Assembly: GCA_951406725.2 (NCBI GenBank)
Contig: OX597823.1
Location: 10,044,001 to 10,108,000, forward strand
DNA: 64,000 bases
Reading direction: 5' to 3'
Source: Octopus vulgaris
Taxonomy: Eukaryota
Below the pieces are notes generated by a model. The model had not been told where the DNA came from and made no database searches. It saw nothing but the letters and a program-made list of their open reading frames with translations. How positions within the stretch are numbered: the stretch's first letter is position 1; the number at the start of each line of letters is the position of its first letter. Of this stretch, positions 54,255 through 64,000 are shown piece by piece. Position numbers and translations under genes: made by a program.

Positions 54255-54462
54255 TTGTGTGTCTGTGTTTGTCCCCCTAGCATTGTTTGACAACCGATGC
54301 TGGTGTGTTTATGTCCCCGTCACTTAGCGGTTCGGCAAAAGAGACCGATAGAATAAGTACTGGGCTTACAAAGAATAAGTCCCGGGGTCGATTTGCTCGA
54401 CTAAAGGCTGTGCTCCAGCATGGCCGCAGTCAATGGCTGAAACAAGTAAAAGAGTAAAGAGT
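54049..54462 (+). mobile_element. SINE family A, full length
   Basis: Consensus-like copy; short ATTACT flanking repeat. Confidence 0.92.
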
Positions 54463-55120
54463 ATTACTATTTACAAGTGATTCACAGATTATCGTTTTTA
54501 TGAGTGAAGTTTTTCCAATGACTATATTTCATATTTATCTAGATATAAATATTTAAAAGTAAATGTGTTTGCGTGACATGAACTATTTAGTGCTTGATGA
54601 ACTAAGATGTTGCGTATTAAGTGTCTTGACCATGTGAACATTGCCATGTTAGTGATATCATTTCAACTACACTCATTTCCATCCGCTGCTCGATATCACA
54701 CCATTTCGTTTATTAACATTTCGTATAGCTACATCCACCACAGTTCGTGAGATTAATGTGCGCAATGGGAAAATTATATTAATAATATATAATCGCAATC
54801 CAATTGTTTATTAATAATACTATTATTACCACTATATTATTTTGTCATTGCTTATCCCTTGCAGTGTTACAGCTGCAATGGCAACTTCGTTGGAATGAGA
54901 AATGGCACTACGGCGACAATAACGTCAAATACTTCACTATAATTCTCTTTCTCATCCCTAAACAATAGTATAATTGTCCTCTTGTCTCTCTATATACCTC
55001 ATAAATTTGTAATTTATATCTAATATTTAATTAGGCCTCATCAACTCTAAGTACTACCGTTGTACGAGAATCTTTGTAACACATAACACGTTTTACATGA
55101 AAGGTTCTCTAAACCAAATT

Positions 55121-55325
55121 ACATATCTAAGAGATGTACGTTATTTACATTATTTACATTTGACAGATATTTGTACTCATCTTGTTTGTTGTTAATACAA
55201 CGTTTCAGCTGATATACTCTCCAGCCTTCATCAGGTGTCATGGGGAAATTTTGAACCTGGGTCCTCATTCCTAAAATATTTTTCGATGTTGTTGTTATTA
55301 ATATTATTATTAGTATTATTATCAA

Positions 55326-55400
<75 letters not shown>

Positions 55401-55453
55401 CATTATTATTATTATTATCATCATTATTATGCAGGTCACTGCCTGGAATCAAA
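55121..55453 (-). mobile_element. tRNA-headed hammerhead repeat P4, copy 1 (inverted)
   Basis: Minus strand: TTGATTCCAGGCAGTGACCTG, then (AAT)n, then TTAGGAATGAGGACCCAGGTTC...HHR... Confidence 0.75.
55195..55238 (-). ncRNA. Minimal type-I hammerhead ribozyme motif
   Basis: ACAC CUGAUGA A GGCUG GAGAGUAUAU CAGCU GAAA CG UU GUAU; canonical core, palindromic ACGU stem III. Confidence 0.7.
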
Positions 55454-55464
55454 TGCTGCTGCTG

Positions 55465-55499
<35 letters not shown>

Positions 55500-55500
<1 letters not shown>

Positions 55501-55710
55501 ATAATAATAATAACAACAACAACAACGAAACATGCCTTAGGAATGAGAACCCAGGTTCGAAATTTCTCCAAGACACCTGATGAAGGCCGGAGGGTATATC
55601 AGCCGTTGTGTTAAAACAAATGAGAGGTCAAATGTCCGTCAAATTTAAATAATGAAAATAATGTAAATAATGTACATAATTCCTCATCTCTTAAATATAG
55701 AACTGTATTA
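55500..55710 (+). mobile_element. Repeat P4, copy 2 (HHR 55573-55611, GAAA box damaged by a 5-nt deletion)
   Basis: CCTTAGGAATGAGAACCCAGGTTCGAAATTT...ACACCTGATGAAGGCCGG...CAGCCGTTGTGT. Confidence 0.75.
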
Positions 55711-55761
55711 TATAATCGGTACGGAGCCGACATTAGACTTCAATGGAGACATATAGAGAAA

Positions 55762-55824
55762 AGGTGGTTAAGAGCGCGTGCTACTAACCCCAAGATTCCG
55801 AGCTCTATTCCAGGCAGTGACCTG
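55762..55824 (+). promoter_or_regulatory. tRNA-like head (degenerate Pol III A/B boxes) of P4 copy 3
   Basis: GGTGGTTAAGAGCGCG...CTACTAA...GAGCTCTATTCCAGGCAGTGACC; same 3' end as 55432-55453 on the minus strand. Confidence 0.55.
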
Positions 55825-55890
55825 AATAATGATAACAACAGCAACAACAACAACAACAACAACAGCAACAACAACAACAACAACAACAAC

Positions 55891-55925
<35 letters not shown>

Positions 55926-55926
<1 letters not shown>

Positions 55927-57650
55927 TATCTGATATGCTAAATAGAACTAGATGCGGATATAAATGTTACGGCAAAACGATCAGCCATCTTTTATATATG
56001 GATGACCTAATACTATACGCTGCAAATGACAAACAGCTGGAAACACTATTAAAGACAGTTCATGGATTTACCAAAGAAATAGATATGAAATTTGGATTAG
56101 AAAAATGCGCCAAAGTAACCATGAAAAGAGGAAAATTAATTAAGAGTAGCAACATCACACTAGATAAAAACAATGAAATAAAAGAATTAGACCAAAGCCA
56201 AACTTACAAATAATTAGGAATCCATGAACTAGATAAGACAAAACACACACAAATGAAAGAGAAAATAAAAAAAAAATATTATAGACGAGTTAGATCAATA
56301 CTAAAAACAGAGCTCAATGCTGAAAACAAGATAATAGGTATCAACACTTTAGCTGTCCAAGTTATAAGTTACAGCTACAATATCCTTAACTGGACACGAA
56401 ATGAACTGACCAAAATAGATAGGAAAACAAGAAAAATAATGACAGGATCTAGGATGCATCACCCAAAATCTGACATAGAAAGACTATATATACAACGTAT
56501 AGAAGGTGGTAGAGGCCTTATACAGCTGGAAAACTACTATATAAAATAACCACCATAGGACTGCAAAATTATCTACTTCAGAAGGAAGGAAAACTGATAC
56601 AAATAGCGGCAAAACACGAGCAAAACAAAAAACTGTTCTCAGTATTTGAGGAAGCTGACAAATACAAACAAGATATCATACCACCTAATAAATATGAAAA
56701 AGAAGAAGAAGAAGATGAAGAAATAACAAAAACTATAAAACAAATGAAATCCAAACTAAAAATAGAACAGCAACGAACCATGATAAAACGATGGCAAGAA
56801 AAGCCCCTTCATGGTAAATACTGGACTAAACTAAATGCAAAAGAAATAGACAAAGAAAAATCCCAACAATGGTTGAGAAGCTCAGGACTCAAAGCAGAAC
56901 AGAGGATTTTTAATTGCAGCACAAGACCAAAGCCTCCCCACCAGAAATTACCAAAAACATGTAATGAAAAGAAATATAACAAATAACTGCAGAATATGTG
57001 GAGATGGACAAGAAACAATAAATCATATTATCTCTGGCTGCCCAGTCCTGGCTAAGAAGGAATATATTCACAGACATGACAGAGTTGGAACCTACATACA
57101 CTTGGAAGCTATGCCAACATTATGGAATAACAACAGAAAAAAGATAGTATAGGCACACACCAGAAAAGGGTCACAGAAAACGAGAAAGCAACCATACTCT
57201 GGGATATGCCGATACACACAGATAGAGAAATTAAGGCCAACAGACCAGATATAGTTGTCAGAGATCATGAAGAAAAAATGCTTTCTAATTGATGTATCAA
57301 TACCGGCAGATGACAACGTGTCTCTAAAAGAAATGGAGAAACTCTCAAAATACAAAGACCTGGAAATAGAGGTAACTAGAATGTGGAATCTGAAAACAGA
57401 AACAATTCCTATCATAGTAGGTGCATTAGGCATGATAAAAAATTATTCAGACAAATACATAACAAAAACACCAGGACTTACAAACACATATAACATACAG
57501 AAAATTGCACTACTAGTCACTGCACACATCCTACGGAGAACACTTTCCATACAATAACCATCAGAGCATCACAACAAATCACCTCACATACCCAAGGCAC
57601 ACAGAGCTGCGCTCGGTAGTGAAGTGAAAGCACACTATAAAAATAAAACT
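55926..57650 (+). mobile_element. 5'-truncated R4/Dong-clade LINE (RT, CCHC knuckle, restriction-like endonuclease), few disablements
   Basis: SHLLYMDDL, MKFGLEKCA, INTLAVQVISYS, GGRGL, KPLHG, CRICGDGQETINHIISGC..RHD, RPDIV, FLIDVSIP..K..KY; (AAT)n on both sides. Confidence 0.93.
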
Positions 57651-57651
57651 A

Positions 57652-57720
<69 letters not shown>

Positions 57721-57895
57721 TAATAACAGAAATAATAATAATAATAATAATAATACCTTAGGAATGAGAACACAGGTTCGAAATTTCCCCAATAAACCTG
57801 ATGAAGGCTGGAGGGTGTATCAGCCAAAACGTTGTGTTAACAACAAACAAGATGAGGACAAATATTCGTCAAATGTAAATAATGTAAAAAATGTG
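57651..57895 (+). mobile_element. Repeat P4, copy 3 body (HHR 57794-57837, GAAA>AAAA)
   Basis: (AAT)n then ACCTTAGGAATGAGAACACAGGTTCG...CCTGATGAAGGCTG...CAGCCAAAACGTTGTGT. Confidence 0.75.
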
Positions 57896-58244
57896 CAATA
57901 TGTCACAGAATATAATTTTCAAAATGTTCTACACTATTAAGATAGTAGAGAGTTCGTTGAGGGATTTGTGACCAACACATCCAGAAGATCAAGAGATAAA
58001 GCTAAATTCCTCTCTTTCGCATGAATATTGGTCACATATTCACGTCTAGGATCGATAAATGAATATCGATGAACCAATATACTGTGCACTTGAGAAATTG
58101 GATCAAGTCAGTTAGTCTTAATGACTCAAACCCTTTGTCTTGCTTCTTACAATTAAAATGTTTTGCAGAACAACGGCAGAGATTAAATGTTTTATGAAAT
58201 GTAGACAAAAGACGAGCGAGCTTCCAATGTGTGGTTGTTAGATA

Positions 58245-58636
58245 TCTTTATATATAAAAGTAAGGTTGTGTGCTGTCTGTCTCCTACGATTTAGATTCCT
58301 AACTACTCCCACATTTTGCGGTGCAATTTAACCAAAACCGGGTATCTTATAGTCGTGATTCATATCGAGCCTTTCTGGGTATTAGCGCGCGTCTACGATG
58401 AGTCTATGATTTAAAAAAAATTACCATCAATTTTTCCCATTTTTAATGCATTTTTGGCATATATAAGGGAAGTAACTCTCTAAAAATTTATTATTAAATC
58501 TCAGAACGTAAAAAGCTACAGTAACACCCCCCTTGTGGTTAGCCATATTGAGATGGCTATTATACTTTACATCTCTAAAAATGCTTATATAGTTATTTCC
58601 CTTACAAACCCGAGCAACGCCGGGCGATACTGCTAG
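58245..58636 (+). mobile_element. Non-autonomous Helitron H1, complete
   Basis: A|TC ... hairpin CCCGAGCAACGCCGGG ... CTAG|T. Confidence 0.92.
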
Positions 58637-59105
58637 TAATAAGTAAATAGATACATTCTTAGGTTCCTTCTTTTACATAAATATTGGTTATACATTCACC
58701 TATAGCCAAATATTCGTATGTCAAGGAATAAATCAATAGAAACGGTGTTTTCAAAATAGAAGCTGGAAAGAAGATATAAATATGCCGCAAATGTGAAAGT
58801 AATCTTTTACGGTCATCTGACTAATATTTTTTATTAGTTTCTGTTTTCTTCATCTTTACTAGGGTATATAGTAATTTTCCAGGTTTCTAAGGGGTACAAA
58901 ACCAGCACTTTTTCAGATAGCTTTAATCTTAGATGCTTAGTCAATATGCCTTCTGCTATGTTAAAATTTATAACAACCGTATTTGATAAGAGACTAATTT
59001 CTACTTTAGTAGTCAAAGAATGTCTGAGAAATTCCAATATATCACCAATCTATTTTAAATCGATTCATTATCATAATATGCAGATTACATGAATAAGTCA
59101 ACGAA

Positions 59106-59161
<56 letters not shown>

Positions 59162-59171
59162 TATAGATATA

Positions 59172-59215
<44 letters not shown>

Positions 59216-59831
59216 TATATATATATACATGCATGTATTTATGTATTTTCATTCATACATACACACATTCATTCAACTGTATATATATCATAAAATATAT
59301 TTCTTCCCGCAATGACTTTTATCTGATGTTTCAGATGTAAGCAGTTGTAAACCAGATTGGTTTCCGTATTTTTTGATAAGAACTCCTTGAAATAGATGTA
59401 CACGATATCCTTTCGAATTACTAGCACAGGATATTCATAAAATATATACATACATACGTGTGTGTGTGTGTGTGTGTGTATGTGTGTGTGCGCGCGCAAG
59501 TGTGTTGGAGTTGTATTATTCCTAATCACTGCTTGGCTGCTACTATTATTCCGATCAAGTGGTCTACTAGCATGGCTGTGTCACTCATGTTGATAGTTTT
59601 TTTCGTGAAAGTTACAGCTTTGAATCTTCCCAGGGTTATCTCTCTTCTGCATTTCTCATTGAGGAAGGCTAAAGAGTAGGAAATCCACCAGAAACTCTAG
59701 TAGAAGGAAGCACTTGGAACATATGTTAATTCTACACCTTTAACGATAAGAGAGATCTTTTTCTGTATGGAAACTGCAGTGAATTTGCCCCTTCAGAAGT
59801 TAAGATTATGAACATACTAACAAACCTAAAG

Positions 59832-59901
<70 letters not shown>

Positions 59902-59904
<3 letters not shown>

Positions 59905-60078
59905 GGGTGGATGAAAGTATATCTTACAGTGGCACCTGTAACAAAACACGTGTCACTACACCAATATAAAAATGTGAAACCCAGAACTCTCTGCATTCAA
60001 TAAAACAATGGCCCAAATCTGTTTGCAGTGCCAGGCTTCTTGACTGGAGACTTGATGAGATTCGAGCCAGTGATGTGA
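59902..60078 (+). repeat. Duplicate of an internal segment (60550-60731) of the adjacent LINE
   Basis: Near-identical ~177 bp; bounded by (TA)n-type tracts. Confidence 0.85.
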
Positions 60079-60212
60079 TATATATTTTACATATATATAT
60101 GTACATATATATGCACATATATATATTTATATATACTTACATATACATACACACATACATACACACATACATGCATGCATACATACATACATACATACAT
60201 ACATACATACAT

Positions 60213-61880
60213 AGAAAGCCTCTTTTTAATGTTGTTTATACTTTCTGTAAACCCCTTGTCAGTAATGTTAAGGAACTCTGAAGGATAACTAACTGGATCA
60301 CAAGGAAACAAAAATAGCAAAATTTGTGGATGACTTAAAACTATATGCAAACAATATGCATGAGGTGAAAAAGATCCTTGACCTAGTTACAACATACTCA
60401 AAGAATGTAGGGTTGCAATTTAGTCAGGATAAGTGTTGTTATATGGTTGTGAAAAGCGGGGGGGGGGGAAACTATAAACCAGACTAGTGACATCTCCATC
60501 ATTGATTTAACTGTTTCCCCTGTGTCTAACTAGGAATGTTACGGGTATCCAGGGGTGGATGAAAGTATATCTTACAGTGGCACCTGTAACAAAACAGGTG
60601 TCACTACAGCCGAATATAAAAAACATGTGAAACCCAGAACTCTCTGCATTCAATAAAACAATGGCCCAAATCTGTTTGCAGTGCCAGGCTTCTTGACTGG
60701 TCACTTGATGAGATTCGAGCCAGTGATGTGAAAACCCGAAAAATAGTAACAAACACATATAATTTCGCATAAACACAGACGTAGATCGCCCCTACCTAAA
60801 TCGAAAACAAGGCGGCAGAAGTTTAACACTGATTCAAAATGACTTTGATGTCGCATCATATCCTTGCGGCAACATCTTTTAACCACCAAGTGTCAAAAAG
60901 CATCCCTTGACCAAGTTTGCAAAGAGGAGTCTGATAGTATCATAAGACTTAGAAGGCAGCTCTTTGAGCAACACCCTTTGTCTGATAACGTAGAATACAG
61001 GCCCAAAGAAGTCTCACGACTCTGCTGCAACGTATCATCAGATGTAAGGATGAGCCTATATGAACAGAAGACTACGCATGGGTATGTTAGTAACATCGAT
61101 CCTCATACCAGTTTATCATGGACGAGTAGCCGGATTACTACCTCCTACTTTGAAGGGTATGCGTTTGCAATCCGGGAATAGGAAATATCAACCAAGTACC
61201 TGATGCGCAAAAGGGATAGAGATGTAGGTAAAGCCGTAAAAAGTAAAAACCGATGCAGACTTTGTGGAGTTCACACTGAAGATATCACCCATATCATCAG
61301 CAGCTGTCCGAAAATATAATCACGGTATACCCGATGAGATTTGATGTTGTAGTTAGGACACTATAATGAAATCCGTCGGAAGGATAATCCCGAGGACAAA
61401 GAAATAAAAACCCACAATATGGTAGAAGCCATAGCCACCCATAATAAATAGGAATATTGATGGAATGTACCAGTGAAGACATCACTAAAATGAAAGTGCA
61501 ACAGACCTGATATAATGAGATAGTGAAGAGAAACTGTGCACAGTAGTGGAAATTAGCTGCCCAGCGGATGTTAACATAAAGCAAAAGGTCAGTGCAAAAG
61601 AGAACACCTATGCTGAACTATTGAGAAATCTGCAGTTATTCTATCCAGATTACAAGTTCAGGCTTATACCTGTAATTATTGGAGCTCTGGGATACGTAAT
61701 ATACTGCCTAAATACTAATCTTGAGAAATTAGGTTTCTCAAAACCAGAAAGGAGAACGCTAATTCGAAGACCACAAATTCAATCCAGCCCTGGAACTCTA
61801 AAAGTCTGTAAAAGTTTTCCAGAAGTTTATCATTTAGGTACATATGAGCATGTCTAGATATGCAACAATATGCATGAGAA
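60213..61880 (+). mobile_element. Second, older R4-like RLE LINE, 5'-truncated and frameshifted
   Basis: FVDDLKLYA...VGLQFSQDKC, EGYAFAIRE, CRLCGVHTEDITHIISSCPK, NRPDI, VEISCPAD..KENTY, IPVIIGALG; (CATA)n on both sides. Confidence 0.88.
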
Positions 61881-62503
61881 TACATGCATGCATACATACA
61901 TACATACATACATACATACATACATACATACATACATACATACATACATACATACATACGTACATACATACGTACATACATACAAAAATATCCTGTTGTT
62001 GATGCTGAAATTCCAGCGAAGGAACTTAGGATCTAGGATTTTGGTGAGAAACTGGTTCTTTCTCTATTGGCAAGAAATCTTAAAGTATACTGACTAATGA
62101 AATACATACATACATGATTAGATGCACTCTTTGGGCGATAATCTCTGTATTCATGTTTCAGTTGATTTTGTTAATCACGTTAAAGTCCCACCTCTCTGTA
62201 TTCACAAGGGGCTCTGCGCAGTCGCACGTGGGCTATACGGGAATATAGGATCACATCACTAATCAGAGGAGAAGGAACATGGGTTTGAATATGCTACTCC
62301 TTTATTTCATCTCTTACCCATGATTCAGCATTCAGTAACACCTATTAATGGCAGTATGCATAAGCAAACATCCTCAGACAGAAAAGCTTCTCTCTGAGGA
62401 CGTATTTGCTTTTGCATACTACCCCTGCGAGGTACACCTACTGACTGCATCTATAGTGTAGCGTTATGTGTTACCGAATAATGAAGCATATATAAGTGAT
62501 ACA

Positions 62504-62810
62504 TGGAGGCGCAATGGCCTAGTGGTTAGGGCAGCGGACTCGCGGTCGTAGGATCGCGGTTTCGATTCCCAGACCGGGCGTTGTGTGTGTTTATTGAGCG
62601 AAAACACCTAAAAGCTCCACGAGGCTCCGGCAGGGGGTGGTGATCCCTGCTGTACTCTTTCGCCACAACGTTCTCTCACTCTTTCTTCTGTTGGCCTGCT
62701 TCGCTTAGCCAGCGGGGTGGCGTCGTTCGAAGGCTAAAACAATGCGAAGCGCATTGTGACCAGCGATGTGTAGAAACATCTGATGGTCTGGTCGGTCACG
62801 TGATCACGTG
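62504..62810 (+). mobile_element. SINE family C, tail type 3
   Basis: Same head and body, distinct tail; 14-bp TSD ATATAAGTGATACA (62490-62503 / 62811-62824). Confidence 0.9.
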
Positions 62811-63277
62811 ATATAAGTGATACAAATAAAGAAGTACCAAGTTAAAGCCCCAAATCTTTTCTGTAGCTTATAAAACTCCCACACACACATACACACATCG
62901 AGCCACATCAACACGTATACCCACACATACACACACGCGCACATACGCACACATGTACGCACAGATATATTTATATATATGTAAATATGTATGTGTATAA
63001 AATTTATAGTGTATATATATATACGTTGAACGGTAATAAATGCAATTGAATCTTCAGGGAAACTTCTTATAGAAACCAATACATTAAACAAAGCCCATAA
63101 ATCACTCAGAGTTTTTACGAAACTTCGTCTCACCTTATTTAGCCTATTCAGAGACGTGTACCCCCGGATTTCTTTACCAACGGAAAATTCTTCTGCTGCC
63201 AATAAGTCTTTCTGAAAATTAACAGTTCACTATCAATATTACATACCTCAATATCTCTATCTAAAGCCATTTGAAAA

Positions 63278-63683
63278 TCTTTATATATAAAAGTAAGGTG
63301 GTGTGCTGTCTGTCTCCTACGATTTAGATTCCTAACTACTCCCACATTTTGCGGTGCAGTTTAACCAAAACCGGGTATCTTATAGTCGTGATTCATATCG
63401 AGCCCTTCTGGGTATTAGCGCGCGTCTACGATGAGTCTACGATTTTTAAGAATACATTTACCATCAATTTTTCCCATTTTTAAATGCATTTTTGGCATAT
63501 ATAAGGGAAGTAACTGTCTAAAAATTTATTATTAAATCTCAGAACGTAAAAAGCTACAGTAACACCCACCCTGACCCCTTTGTGGTTAGCCATATTGAGA
63601 TGGCTATTATACTTTACATCTCTAAAAATGCTCTTATAGTTATTTCCCTTACAAACCCGAGCAACGCCGGGCGATACTGCTAG
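63278..63683 (+). mobile_element. Non-autonomous Helitron H1, complete
   Basis: A|TC ... hairpin ... CTAG|T. Confidence 0.92.
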
Positions 63684-64000
63684 TGTATAATAATTTAGTT
63701 TTTGTCTGCTTGTCTTTCGCATACATTAATGAATGCATGTTTGCCGTTTTTTTTTTTTCGGCTTAGGTCATTGCTATTAGTTACATACGAGATAAATTTT
63801 GTTCGAAAGTTTGTGCGGATCTGCTACCATATCTTATGATCGAGTTACTGTGCGTTTTATCATTGAAGCGTTAGCGCCGTTCGAATTTTGTATATACATT
63901 ATATTGTATACATAGTTGTTCCAGTCTAATGCAGTCAATGACCTCTATTAATGCAAACATACACACTACACACAAAGACACTCACACACACATATTCACA

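Overview
AT-rich, microsatellite-saturated eukaryotic DNA. The SINE families, Helitrons and (TA)n/(AAT)n load fit an Octopus (coleoid cephalopod) genome; this is inferred from repeat style and not verified. No intact multi-domain host gene is visible, and almost all listed ORFs are microsatellite or repeat artefacts. The window holds: three abundant tRNA-derived SINE families (A, B, C); five copies of a ~390-bp non-autonomous Helitron plus a second Helitron type; decayed LINEs (one CR1/L2-type, three R4/Dong-type); Tc1 and mariner remnants; and a full-length decayed Chapaev3 transposon. The most interesting signal is several unrelated short repeats carrying minimal type-I hammerhead-ribozyme (HHR) motifs. 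One has a tRNA-like Pol III head, an internal (AAT)n tract and an HHR. It occurs in tandem and inverted copies, and a Dong-like LINE has landed in its (AAT)n tract. A few weak candidate exons of a minus-strand host gene are noted at low confidence.
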